A stretch of 64,000 nt of DNA from an uncultured delta proteobacterium (GTDB lineage: Bacteria; Myxococcota; Kuafuiibacteriia; Kuafuiibacteriales; Kuafuiibacteriaceae), in the NCBI GenBank assembly GCA_963803435.1, contig CAWDML010000011.1, positions 1 through 64,000 on the forward strand, read 5' to 3'. The notes under the pieces are model-generated. The model saw nothing but the letters and a program-made list of their open reading frames with translations, did not search any database and had not been told where the DNA came from. The translations under genes were made by a program, and so were the position numbers. Positions 12,789 through 23,035 of the stretch are shown piece after piece (position 1 is the stretch's first letter; every line of letters begins with the position of its first letter).

Positions 12789-12856
12789 AACTTGACGTAC
12801 AGGTCAAGTTTCTACAACCTCGCCCAGAAGACCGAACTTGACACGTACGGTAGGTT
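12789..12856 (+). promoter_or_regulatory. Two tandem 22-bp palindromic operator-like sites upstream of merR-isc
   Basis: AACTTGAC-gtacag-GTCAAGTT (12789-12810, perfect 8-bp arms) and AACTTGAC-acgtac-GGTAGGTT (12835-12856); both contain TTGAC -35-like cores. Confidence 0.7.
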
Positions 12857-12866
12857 GAACGCAGCG

Positions 12867-13382
12867 ATGGCAAAAGTGCTCCAGATCAAGCCCGTCTCCG
12901 AGCCTGAAATGACCTTGCGGATCGGGGACCTGGCCAAGCGCTCCGGGAAGAGCACCCGGGCGCTGCGGCTCTATGAGGACCTGAACCTCCTCGGACCCAT
13001 CGTCCGGACCGAGGGCGGCCATCGGCTCTACTCCACGGCGGCGCTCCTGCGGCTGCACTGGATCGACAAGCTCCAGCTCCTCGGCTTCTCGCTCGCCGAC
13101 ATCCGCACCTTCCTCGAGCATCTCCAGGACGACCGGCTCGGTCCGGTGGCGATGGAGCGCGTTCGCCAGACGTTCACCTCGAAGCTCGAGCAGGTGCGCG
13201 GGCAGATCGCGAGCCTCGAGATGCTCGCCGCCGAGCTCCAGGACAGCCTCGAGTACCTGCGCACGTGCAAGACGTGCGAGACGAGCAACTCGCTCGACGA
13301 GTGTCCGAGCTGCGACCACGACCATTCGATCGCGCCCCCGGTGCTGATCACCGGAATCTACAAGGGCGGCGAGGGCAGGTGA
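12867..13382 (+). CDS. MerR-family transcriptional regulator with C-terminal CxxC-x8-CxxC
   Basis: [43 protein letters not shown], coiled coil, [20 protein letters not shown]; stop overlaps the iscS ATG (TGATG). Confidence 0.92.
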   Translation: MAKVLQIKPVSEPEMTLRIGDLAKRSGKSTRALRLYEDLNLLGPIVRTEGGHRLYSTAALLRLHWIDKLQLLGFSLADIRTFLEHLQDDRLGPVAMERVRQTFTSKLEQVRGQIASLEMLAAELQDSLEYLRTCKTCETSNSLDECPSCDHDHSIAPPVLITGIYKGGEGR

Positions 13383-14732
13383 TGAACTTGAAGACCCCCA
13401 TCTACATGGACTTCAACGCGACGACGCCGGTGGATCCGCGCGTCCTCGAGGCCATGCTGCCTTATCTTCGCGAGAAGTTCGGCAACGCCGCCTCGCGATC
13501 GCATCAGTTCGGATGGATCGCCGAGGAGGCCGTCGACTATGCGCGCGAGCAGATCGCGACCCTGATCAACGCGACGCCTGCGGAGATCATCTTCACCTCC
13601 GGGGCCACCGAGTCCGACAACCTCGCGCTCAAGGGCGTGGCGCGCATGTACGGGATGACGAGGGCGGAGAAGCTCTTCTTCGACGCCGTGGCCAAGACGA
13701 AGGACGCGTCGGTGATCCCGCCCCGGTATGGGTCCGTCGATCTCGACGCGATCGCCGCGAAGGGCGCGGACGTCTACTTCGCCGATCGGGGCGACCACAT
13801 CATCACCGTCGAGACCGAGCACAAGGCGATCCTCGACAGCGCCAAGCGGCTGGAGAAGGACGGTTTCCGCGTCACGTACCTCAAGGTGCAGAAGAACGGG
13901 ATGATCCGCCTGGAGGACCTCGAGGCCGCCATGACGCCCAGGACCATCCTGGTGTCGATCATGTTCGCCAACAACGAGATCGGCGTGCTCCAGCCGGTGA
14001 AGGAGATCGGCGCCCTCTGCCGCAAGAAGAAGGTGCTGTTCCACACCGACGCCGTGCAGGCCGTCGGCAAGGTCCCGATCGACGTCAACGAGATGAACAT
14101 CGATCTGATGTCGATCTCGGGGCACAAGATGTACGGGCCGAAGGGCGTCGGTGCGATCTATGTCCGGCGACGGGCGCCGCGCGTGCGTCTCGAGGCGATC
14201 ATCGACGGCGGCGGCCACGAGCGCGGGATGCGCAGCGGGACGCTCAACGTCCCCGGGATCGTGGGCTTCGGGAAGGCCGCCGAGCTCTGCCGGATGGAGA
14301 TGGCCGAGGAGAAGGCGCGCGCTCGAGCGCTACCGTCACCGCTTCTGGAAGAAGCTGGCGGCGGAGCTCGACGAGATCTACATGAACGGGGACCCCGAGC
14401 AGCGGCTCCCGGGCAACGCCAACGTCTCGTTCGCCTACGTGGAAGGCGAGGCGATGATGATGGCGATCAAGGAGGTCGCGGTGTCGTCGGGGTCGGCGTG
14501 CACCTCGGCGTCGCTGGAGCCGTCGTACGTGCTGCGTGCGCTCGGCGTCGGCGACGACCTGGCCCACAGCTCCATTCGCTTCGGGATGGGCCGATTTACC
14601 ACCGAAGCCGAGGTCGACTATGTGGCGAAGCTGGTGATCGACAAGGTGAAGAAGCTTCGCGACATGTCGCCGCTGTACGAGATGGCCAAGGAAGGCATCG
14701 ACATCAACAGCATCGAGTGGGCGGCGCACTGA
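13382..14732 (+). CDS. iscS: Cysteine desulfurase (frameshift near 14320; ~43-aa internal insertion)
   Basis: [65 protein letters not shown]. Confidence 0.95.
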
Positions 14733-14744
14733 GGAGAGACTGAG

Positions 14745-15146
14745 ATGGCTTACAACGAGAAGATCATCGATCACTACGAGAACCCCCGGAACGTCGGTAC
14801 CCTCGACAAAGAGGATCCGGACGTCGGCACCGGGCTGGTGGGCGCACCTGCGTGCGGCGACGTGATGCGGCTGCAGATCAGGGTCAGCGCCGAGGGCATC
14901 ATCGAGGACGCCAAGTTCAAGACGTTCGGGTGCGGCTCGGCCATCGCGTCGTCGTCGCTCGTCACCGAGTGGGTGAAGGGCAAGAGCGTCGACTTCGCCG
15001 AGAGCATCAAGAACCAGACGATCGTCGAAGAGCTCTCGCTTCCTCCGGTGAAGGTGCACTGCTCGGTCCTGGCCGAGGATGCGATCAAGGCCGCGGTCGC
15101 CGACTGGAGGAAGAAGCGAGAGGCCAAGACGGCCCAGGGTGAGTGA
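14745..15146 (+). CDS. iscU: Fe-S scaffold protein
   Basis: DHYENPRNVG, GAPACGDVMRLQI, FGCGSAIASSS, LPPVKVHCS. Confidence 0.97.
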   Translation: MAYNEKIIDHYENPRNVGTLDKEDPDVGTGLVGAPACGDVMRLQIRVSAEGIIEDAKFKTFGCGSAIASSSLVTEWVKGKSVDFAESIKNQTIVEELSLPPVKVHCSVLAEDAIKAAVADWRKKREAKTAQGE

Positions 15147-15148
15147 CC

Positions 15149-15526
15149 ATGGCTGATGCGCTCAATGTTCTGCAGGAGAAGCCGAAGGCGACCGGCACGC
15201 TCAGCGTGACCGAAGCGGCCGCCAAGGCGATCGGACGGTATCTCACGGAGCACGAGGCGCCCGCAGGCGCCGGGCTTCGCATCGGGGTTCGCGGCGGCGG
15301 CTGCAGCGGTCTCTCCTACTTCCTCGACGTGGAAGTCGCACCGCGCGAGTCGGACCACACGATCGATGCCTACGGCGTGAAGGTGTTCGTCGACCCGAAG
15401 AGCCTGCTGTTCCTCCAGGGGACTACCGTCGACTACGTCACCGGTCTCATGGAGTCGGGCTTCAAGTTCATCAACCCGCGCGCCGGCAAGGCGTGCGGCT
15501 GCGGCGAGAGCTTCTCGCCCGCCTGA
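15149..15526 (+). CDS. iscA: A-type Fe-S carrier
   Basis: LRIGVRGGGCSGLSY, GFKFINP..CGCGESF. Confidence 0.93.
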   Translation: MADALNVLQEKPKATGTLSVTEAAAKAIGRYLTEHEAPAGAGLRIGVRGGGCSGLSYFLDVEVAPRESDHTIDAYGVKVFVDPKSLLFLQGTTVDYVTGLMESGFKFINPRAGKACGCGESFSPA

Positions 15527-15533
15527 GCGCCCT

Positions 15534-16122
15534 ATGGCCGATTGCTGGTCATGCGGCGCCGAGCGGGGCGACGCTTCGTTCTGTACGACCTGCGGGAAGA
15601 TCCAGCCGGTCCCGCGACAGACCAGCTTCTTCGACGCGCTCGGGCTCCCCGAACGCATGGGTCTCGACCGGGAGGAGATCGAGCGCCGCTTCCGCGACGT
15701 CTCTCAGCGCGTGCACCCCGATCGATTCGGGCGGGCCTCGGCGATCGAGCGCCGGCTCGCGCTCGAGCACACCACCTGGATCAACGACGCGTATCGAGTG
15801 CTCAGGGAGCCGCGGACCCGGGCGGAGTACCTGCTCTCGCGCGAGGGCGTGAACGTCGGGCACGAAGAGGAGCGGACGGACGATCCGGACGCTCCTCATG
15901 ACGATGATGGAGCTGCAGGAGCAGGCGACGCTCGCCGGCGAGCCAGAGCTCGAGCGACTGCTGAAGGACATGCAGACGCGGGAGAGCGCGCTGCTCGCCC
16001 GGGCGGAGGCCTACTTCGACCGGCGCGAAGGCGAGCGCGAGAACGCAAAGCGAGCGCTCGACGAGCTGAGGTTCGTGCGGAGGCTCGAGGAGAGGATCGA
16101 GCGTCGACTCGAGGAGATATAA
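15534..16122 (+). CDS. hscB: Fe-S co-chaperone with N-terminal CWxC..CxxC (frameshift near 15890)
   Basis: CWSCG..FCTTCGKIQP, J-domain HPD, INDAYRVLREPRTRAEYLL, ELRFVRRLEE. Confidence 0.9.
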
Positions 16123-16131
16123 GGGGCGCCA

Positions 16132-17989
16132 GTGGGACTTTTGCAGATCGGAGGCGGTACCAAGGCGCGCTGCGGCGGGCTCGTGGTCGGGATCGATCTC
16201 GGCACCACCTATTCGCTGGTGGCGACGGTGCGCGACGGCAGCCCCGTGGTGCTCCTCGACGAGGCGGGGCGCGCGACGCTTCCCTCGGTGGTGGGGTACG
16301 GGCCGGACGGCGCCGTCGAGGTCGGCTACGGCGCGCGCGAGCATGCGGGCGCGCGTTCCGGGAGCACTATCGGCTCGGTCAAGCGCTTCATGGGCCGCGC
16401 GCAGGCGGAGGCGCACGAGGCGTCCGAGCTGACGCCATACCACTTCGCGAGCGAGGCCGAGGGACCGGTCGTCTACTTCCAGGTGGCGAAGGACCGGCGC
16501 GTCACTCCGATCGAGGTCTCCGCCGAGATCCTCAGGGCGCTGAAGGTCCGCGCCGAGGCGGCCCTGGACGGTCCGCTGGACGGCGCCGTCATCACGGTGC
16601 CGGCGTACTTCGACGACGCCCAGCGGCAGGCCACCAAGGACGCGGCCCGCCTGGCGGGGCTCAACGTCCTCCGGCTCCTCAACGAGCCCACCGCGGCGGC
16701 GCTCGCGTACGGGCTCGACAAGAAGAAGGAGGGGCTGTTCGCGATCTTCGACCTGGGCGGCGGCACCTTCGACATCTCGATTCTTGAAGCTCGACCAGGG
16801 CGTGTTCCAGGTCCTCACCACCGGCGGCGACTCGCGGCTGGGCGGAGACGACTTCGACCGGGACATCGCCGAGCACTTCCTCCGGGCGCAGGGCGTCGAT
16901 CCGGCGACCTGCTCACCCGATCGCGCTGCGCTGGCGCTGGCGGCGGCGCGCACGGCCAAGGAGGCGCTCACCGAGCGCGGGGAGACCACCCTCGAGATCG
17001 AGGGCAGGGCGCACCGGCTCTCCCGCGAAGAGATGGACCGGCTGATCACGGGGACGCTGGCTCGGACCAAGGGCCCGATCCGCCGCGTGCTCAAGGACAT
17101 CGGCCTCGAGGGACGGGAGCTAGACGGTGTCGTGCTGGTCGGAGGATCGACGCGCGTGCCGCTGGTGCGGAGCTTCGTGGCCGAGCTCTTCGGGCAGGCG
17201 CCGCTGGCAGATCTCGATCCGGATCAAGTGGTGGCGCTGGGCGCGGCGGTGCAAGCGGATCTGCTCGGCGGGAGCGGCCCGCGCGACGACGTGCTGCTCC
17301 TCGACGTCCTCCCGCTCTCGCTCGGCGTCGAGATGATGGGTGGAGTGGCGGAGAAGATCCTGTTCCGCAACCAGACCATCCCGGCGACCGCGCAGCAGGA
17401 GTTCACCACCTACGCCGACGGTCAGACGGGCATGGACTTTCACGTCGTGCAGGGCGAGCGCGAGCTGATCCAGGACTGCCGCTCGCTGGCGCGGTTCAAG
17501 CTGTCCGGCATCCCGCCGATGGCCGCCGGGATGGGTCGCGTGCTGGTGACGTTCAGCGTCGACGCCGACGGCATCCTCCACGTCGCGGCGGAGGAGAAGA
17601 CGACGGGCAAGCGGGCCTCGGTGCAGGTGAAGCCGTCCTACGGCCTCGATGACGAGACCGTGGAGCGGATGATCCTCGACTCGTTCCAGCACGCCGAACG
17701 TGACGTGGATGAGCGCATGGTGATCGAGGCGCGCGTGGAGGCCGAGCGGATGCTGGCCGCGCTGCGCCGCGCGATCGAGCAGGACCGAGCGTTGCTCACG
17801 GACGAGGAGCTGGCCGCGCTCGATCGCGGGATCGCGGCGCTCGAAGAGGCGATGAAGGACACGAATCACCGCGTGATCGAGGATCGAACGCAGGCGCTGG
17901 ACGAGCTCTCGGCGGAGTTCGCGGTGAAGCGCATGAACCGCTCCATCAGCGAGGCCCTCGAGGGGAAGCGGGCGGAGGAGCTGGCCTGA
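16132..17989 (+). CDS. hscA: Fe-S chaperone Hsp70 (frameshift near 16785)
   Basis: [59 protein letters not shown]; position in isc operon. Confidence 0.93.
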
Positions 17990-18006
17990 GGAGCGCCGTC
18001 GAGAGC

Positions 18007-18801
18007 GTGCTTCGGGAGCCTCTCCTTCATTTTCTCCTGCTGGGCGCGATCCTCTTCGGGCTGGACGCGCTCCTCTCCAAGCATCCGCCCTCCGGGGCGA
18101 AGGAGATCGTGGTGAGGGGCGCGGTTCGCGCGGAGCTCGCGGCTCAGCTCGAGCGCGATCGCGGCGCGCCTCCGGCCCCGGCCGAGCTCGAACGCGCGGT
18201 CCACGGTTGGGTGGACGACGAGATCCTGTACCGCGAGGGTGTCGCGCGTGGCTTCGACCGCAACGATCCCGCGCTGCGGAGCCGGATCGCCCGCAAGATG
18301 TTGGGGGTTCTCTCGTCGCAGGCGATCATCCCCGAGCCGACCGAAGCGGAGCTGGCGGCGTGGTTCCGAGACAACACAGAGCGGTACGCCGACGTGGCGC
18401 GCCTCGACTTCACGCACGTCTTCCTGGCCGGTGAAGACGCGGCCGCGCTCCGGCGCGCCGACGCGATCCTCGCGCAGCTGCGCGGCGGAGCCTCTCCGAA
18501 CGGCCTCGGCGATCGGTTCTCCGGCGGCCGGCGCTATCGTGGCCGAGCGCTCGCGGATCTCGGTCTCACGTTCGGTGAGGAGTTCGTCAGAGGCCTCGAC
18601 GAGCAGCCCATCGGAGAGTGGACCCTCCGGCGATCACGCTTCGGCCTCCACCTCGTACGCGTCGATCGTCGCACCGCCGCCCGGAGCGCCGACTTCGAGC
18701 GGGCGCGCGCCGACGTCGTCCACGACTGGCGGGAAGCGGCCAAGGACCGCGCCGTGGCCTCGGAGATGGAGCGCCTGCGCGCGGCGTGGACGGTGCGGTG
18801 A
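18007..18801 (+). CDS. PpiC-type peptidyl-prolyl isomerase-like exported protein
   Basis: MLREPLLHFLLLGA, EILYREG...D..R, PEPTEAELAAWF, W..RSRFGLHLVRV; coupled to a HupE/UreJ gene. Confidence 0.8.
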   Translation: MLREPLLHFLLLGAILFGLDALLSKHPPSGAKEIVVRGAVRAELAAQLERDRGAPPAPAELERAVHGWVDDEILYREGVARGFDRNDPALRSRIARKMLGVLSSQAIIPEPTEAELAAWFRDNTERYADVARLDFTHVFLAGEDAAALRRADAILAQLRGGASPNGLGDRFSGGRRYRGRALADLGLTFGEEFVRGLDEQPIGEWTLRRSRFGLHLVRVDRRTAARSADFERARADVVHDWREAAKDRAVASEMERLRAAWTVR

Positions 18802-19349
18802 GGCTCGCGCTCCTCTGGCTCCTGCTCGCTCCGGAGGTCGCGCTGGCCCACGACTTCACGCCGGGCGTGCTCTCGATGGAGGAGGGCGAGCCCGGGCTGT
18901 ACCGCTTCGTCTGGACCCCGCCCGTCGACAGCGGCTCGAACCTTCCGGTGGAGGTGGCCTTCCCGGACGGCTGCAAGGCGAGCGAGACGGAGGTCGACTG
19001 CCGGGCGGGAGGGCTCGCGGGCGCCATCGAGTTTCGAGGGCTGGCCGATCAGCGGGTGCAGGTCGTGGTGATCATCCGCCGGCGCGACGGGACCAGCAGG
19101 GAATCGATGGTGTGGGGAGACGCGCCGCGGCTCGTCGCCGGTGATCCGAGCTCACCGCTCGGGTGGGTCGTAGCCGGGATGGAGCATGTTCTCACTGGAT
19201 ACGATCACATCGCGTTTCTGATCGGCCTGCTCCTCGTCACCGGCTTCCGGAAGCGGATCATTCTCACGATCACCGCGTTCACTCTGGCGCACTCGCTCAC
19301 GCTCGCGCTCGCCGCGCTTCACCTAGTGCGAGTCGCCACGGAGCGCTGA
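18798..19349 (+). CDS. HupE/UreJ family protein, C-terminally truncated
   Basis: ALAHDFTPG signal, GMEHVLTGYDHIAFLIGL, ITAFTLAHSLTLAL; stops before the usual VE..IALS and HGFGF segments. Confidence 0.8.
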   Translation: MRLALLWLLLAPEVALAHDFTPGVLSMEEGEPGLYRFVWTPPVDSGSNLPVEVAFPDGCKASETEVDCRAGGLAGAIEFRGLADQRVQVVVIIRRRDGTSRESMVWGDAPRLVAGDPSSPLGWVVAGMEHVLTGYDHIAFLIGLLLVTGFRKRIILTITAFTLAHSLTLALAALHLVRVATER

Positions 19350-19397
19350 CTCGCCGCCCGTGTCGATTCGATCACAGGTCGTGTAAACGCCGGCGCC

Positions 19398-20468
19398 TCA
19401 GCTCCGGTCCGCGAACGGCGGCCGCTCCAATCTCAACCGCGAGCTGATCTCGCTCAGCTTCTTCTCGATGCGGTTCAAGAACCTCTGTCGCAGATCGAGT
19501 GGTTGCCCGCTCCCGGTGACCTTCACCGGCGTCTCGCACATCTGCTCGCGCGTGTTCCAGTCGTACACCACCAGGTGTCCGGCGATGATCGAGCGGAGGT
19601 GGTGTTTCTTCTTCAGCACCCGCTCCTGTCTCACGCTGATCACCCCGAGATAGCGGTGTCCCTCCAGCGCTTCGAACGTTCCGTCCGGGATGTCGACCAC
19701 CGCGAGATCCTCGAGGGGCTCGGACACGAGCCATTCGCGCATCGTGGGGCGGTGATCCGTCGGGTTCAGGATCTTCGCGATGAAGTTGTACTCCACCAGG
19801 AGCAAGCTGGTCGCTTTGGGTTCGGTGGCCGCCGCGATCGCGTCGTCGTCGCACGGTGTCTTGGTCCAGACGTGCTTCGCGTAGTGGGCCCGCGCGATCG
19901 GATAGAGGCGGTCCTGATAGCTGGAGCGCTTGACGGAGCGCTCGATGATGCGGCGCTCTTCGGCGGCCTTCGCCGGCGAGGGCGAGGCCGAGATCGCCTC
20001 CGAGCTCTCGCCCCCCGGCATCCGGCGGAAGAAGCCGTAGGCATAAGCGCCGGTCATGAGGGCCAGCGGGAGGCCGAGCGCCAGACCGGACGTCTTGATT
20101 CGAGTCGGTCTCGATCGCTTGGCGCCGAGCCAGAGCCAGGACGCGATCACCGACGCCATCACGGCGAGGGCGGCGAAGGGCAGCGAGTACCCGAGGAGCT
20201 CGTCGCCGGTGGTCAGCTCCACGAAGGCCCACACCGACACGGCCACCGCCAGGACCGCCCCCCAGGACTTGAAGTAGCCCGCGAAGAGGGAGAGTCCGCA
20301 GAAGCGGGTGGGACTCGCGATTTCCTCTTGCTCGTCGAGGATCTCGTACGTCCCCAGCGGGATCAGCGGCAGGCGGGACACGTGGAAGAAGAGGGTGGCG
20401 ACCGGGCGCTGGTTCCGCTTGTAAACGCGCCCAAAGAGTCGCGTTCCGACCCCGATCACCGCCACCAC
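19398..20468 (-). CDS. Hypothetical membrane protein (3 TM) with C-terminal soluble domain
   Basis: GTRLFGRV..VATLFFHVSRLPLIPLGTY N-terminal motif; hydrophobic segments. Confidence 0.6.
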   Translation of the reverse strand: MVAVIGVGTRLFGRVYKRNQRPVATLFFHVSRLPLIPLGTYEILDEQEEIASPTRFCGLSLFAGYFKSWGAVLAVAVSVWAFVELTTGDELLGYSLPFAALAVMASVIASWLWLGAKRSRPTRIKTSGLALGLPLALMTGAYAYGFFRRMPGGESSEAISASPSPAKAAEERRIIERSVKRSSYQDRLYPIARAHYAKHVWTKTPCDDDAIAAATEPKATSLLLVEYNFIAKILNPTDHRPTMREWLVSEPLEDLAVVDIPDGTFEALEGHRYLGVISVRQERVLKKKHHLRSIIAGHLVVYDWNTREQMCETPVKVTGSGQPLDLRQRFLNRIEKKLSEISSRLRLERPPFADRS

Positions 20469-20594
20469 CCCGTCCGCGTAGTACGAGCCGACACCTTTCG
20501 ATCTACCTGGCTACCATCCTTGCGGGGGGCGTGTCCCACTCGGGCGCGGCAGGATCCGCAGGGGAGCCCGCCCTGTTAGACTCCGGGCTGCCCC

Positions 20595-22595
20595 ATGCGT
20601 GTTCCTGTGGGATCGGGGGCCCCGACAGGGGACGACCTTCCGATTGGTCGGGTGTTCGGCCCTTACAAAGTTCTCTCCGCCATTCAGCGCGGTGGAATGG
20701 GGGAGCTCTTCCTCGCCGAGCGCGTCGACCAGCGGGGACCTCAGAACAAGATCGTATTGAAGCGGCTGCTCGCCGACTACCTGGAGGACGAGCGGTATGT
20801 GCGGATGTTCCGCGCCGAGGCCAAGGTCATGTCGAGCCTCGACCATCCGAACATCGTGAAGGTCTTCGACGTCCCGGTGATCGACGGGAAGCAGTGCCTG
20901 GCGATGGAATACGTCCAGGGCCGCAACCTGGCGCAGATTCTCCGCCGTTGCTGCGAGTTGAATACGGCCATCCCTCCGCAGGTTGCCTTGCACGTCATGA
21001 TCGAGGTGCTCCACGGGCTCGACTACGCCCATCAATTCGTGCTCGACGACGGGCGTCCGCTCGGACTGGTGCATCGCGACGTGACTCCCGGAAACATCCT
21101 GGTGTCGTTCGATGGATCGGTGAAGATCACGGACTTCGGGATCTCCAAGTCGGAGATGTCGTCCGTGTCGACGACGGTCGGGGTCGTCAAGGGCACCACG
21201 CGCTACCTGGCGCCCGAGCAGATCCGCGGACATACCGCGACCCCTCGCTCCGACGGGTTCTCGGCGGCGGTGGTGCTGGCGGAGGCGCTCAGCGGTCAGG
21301 CGCTGTTCGATCACGGTACGGTTCCGCCGACCCTCTTTGCGATCGTTACCGGCCAGCGCCCGCCGATCGCGGAGCTGCTCCCCTTCCCCGCCCCACGGCT
21401 GGCTGCTGCGCTGGAGAAGATGCTGGATCTCCACCCCGAGCGCCGCTACGCGACCGCGCGGGAGTTCGCCGAGGCGATCGAGGACGGTGCGCGCGAGCTG
21501 GGCCGCCTGATGGACAAGAGCGGGCTCGGCACCTTCCTCAAGGAGCTGTTTCGCGACTCCGAGCAGCCGAACGACTTCGAGGAGGAGGTGGGTCCCTGGC
21601 AGCTCGACGCGATGGACCTGACCTATCTGTTCGAGGTGCAGGAGCTCAACGCGTTCAAGCCCGACGTGGCGACTCCGTTCGCGGATCGAAGCGACGAGCT
21701 CCAGCGCGTGAGGGCGCTGCTCAAGGCCGCGGTGCCGGGCGCGAACCCGCTCGACGCCGAGCTGTTCAGCAGGCGCGCGAAGAAGGGCGACCCGGACCAC
21801 CCGAGGGACGCGCTGGTCGAAGGCCTGTCGTCACCGACGGGCCTCCGGAACCTGCCGCGCGAGTCGACCAAGCTGGATCGTCCGAAGCCGACCGATCCGG
21901 CCGCGCTGATCCCGCCCCCGCCCCCCGATCCGCCGCTCGCCGAAACGGCCGACGTCTTCAGCGATCCGACGCAGATCGGCGGTGACGTCGTCGAGAACAC
22001 GGAGACCGACGACATCGTGGAGGTCCTGCGGATCGATCCGGCCTCCCTGCCGCTGCCGAGGCTGACAGAGCCGCCCGCGCCCAAGGTCACCAAGGCTCCG
22101 GTCCAGCCAGGGCCGCAGCGCGCCTCCGGGAAGCTCCGGGGCGTGGCATTCTTCGCCCTCGGGCTGGTGCTGGGTGCGGCGGCGTGGTCGCAAGCCTGGC
22201 GGCTCGAGCCCTACCTGCCGCCAGCGGCACGGGCGCTGGTCGGGTCCCGGATGGTCTCCACGGCTCCGGATCGCCCGCTCGAGCGCGTTCGAGGCGAGCC
22301 GCCAATCCGCACCTATCCCAGCCTGCAGCATCATCTCGCGACCGCCCATGAAGGGGCGCGTCCGGGGGCGCGGGTGGTCCGCACGGTCGAGGCGAAGCCG
22401 GCGCTGCTCACGGTGCGGCGGCCGAAGGGCGCACGCATTCGTTTGAATGGAGTCTGGCTGGAGGAGCGGGCGCCGCTGATCGATCATCCGATCCCGCCGG
22501 GCGAGTATCGGATCGAGGTGGTGAAGAAGAAGCTGAGGAAGAAGGTCCACCTCGAGGCGCAGGCGGGCGAGTCGATCGATCTCAACCGTCGTTGA
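20595..22595 (+). CDS. Ser/Thr protein kinase (Pkn type) with TM and C-terminal PEGA-like domain
   Basis: GGMGELF, VLKR, HRDVTPGN, DFG, YLAPE; Pro-rich linker; TM GVAFFALGLVLG; PKGARIRLNG..PPGEYRIEV. Confidence 0.92.
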   Translation: MRVPVGSGAPTGDDLPIGRVFGPYKVLSAIQRGGMGELFLAERVDQRGPQNKIVLKRLLADYLEDERYVRMFRAEAKVMSSLDHPNIVKVFDVPVIDGKQCLAMEYVQGRNLAQILRRCCELNTAIPPQVALHVMIEVLHGLDYAHQFVLDDGRPLGLVHRDVTPGNILVSFDGSVKITDFGISKSEMSSVSTTVGVVKGTTRYLAPEQIRGHTATPRSDGFSAAVVLAEALSGQALFDHGTVPPTLFAIVTGQRPPIAELLPFPAPRLAAALEKMLDLHPERRYATAREFAEAIEDGARELGRLMDKSGLGTFLKELFRDSEQPNDFEEEVGPWQLDAMDLTYLFEVQELNAFKPDVATPFADRSDELQRVRALLKAAVPGANPLDAELFSRRAKKGDPDHPRDALVEGLSSPTGLRNLPRESTKLDRPKPTDPAALIPPPPPDPPLAETADVFSDPTQIGGDVVENTETDDIVEVLRIDPASLPLPRLTEPPAPKVTKAPVQPGPQRASGKLRGVAFFALGLVLGAAAWSQAWRLEPYLPPAARALVGSRMVSTAPDRPLERVRGEPPIRTYPSLQHHLATAHEGARPGARVVRTVEAKPALLTVRRPKGARIRLNGVWLEERAPLIDHPIPPGEYRIEVVKKKLRKKVHLEAQAGESIDLNRR

Positions 22596-23004
22596 CCGTG
22601 TCGTCCTCGTCCTCGTCGCCGGCGACGGGCAGCTTCGGGATCACCATCGACTGCGTGTTGACGATCTTCCGGCCGAGATAGTCGTACGTCTCCTCGCGGA
22701 TCGTGATCGTGCGAGGGGAGATGCCGACGACTCGACCCCAGTTCTTGCCGATCAGATCGCCGCGACGGACGACGTGTCCCTTGCCCTTCGGATCCTCGAC
22801 CATCGCGTAGGGCGACGCCGTGCCGGTGACGACGGCGACGAGATGGAGCTGGGAGAGATCCCACCGCTGGAGCGGCTTGGGCTTCCCGAGGTCCTTGGTT
22901 GGACGGGGGAGGAGCGGGCGGAACGGGTCGGTCTTGCCGACGGGCGAGTAGCTGTATTGGGTGACGAGGAGGAAGAGGAGCGCGCGGATCATGCGCCCGA
23001 TCAT
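22582..23004 (-). CDS. pilP: PilP-family pilus assembly protein, orphan, no lipobox
   Basis: YSYSPVGKTDPFRP, PLQRWDLSQLHLVAVV, AMVEDPKGKGHVVRRGDLIGKNWGRV. Confidence 0.8.
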   Translation of the reverse strand: MIGRMIRALLFLLVTQYSYSPVGKTDPFRPLLPRPTKDLGKPKPLQRWDLSQLHLVAVVTGTASPYAMVEDPKGKGHVVRRGDLIGKNWGRVVGISPRTITIREETYDYLGRKIVNTQSMVIPKLPVAGDEDEDDTVNDG

Positions 23005-23035
23005 GGGGACGGGATGGGCGCTCGGTCAATCAAAG

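Noticed and set aside
13652-13786. Intein in iscS
   Set aside because: Too short and lacks Cys/Ser start and His-Asn end motifs
10749-17989. cysD, iscS, hscB and hscA as pseudogenes or programmed frameshifts
   Set aside because: Isolated single-base indels with fully conserved flanks also hit the ligase, CsgG-like and sigma genes; the pattern fits long-read consensus error and no slippery sites are evident
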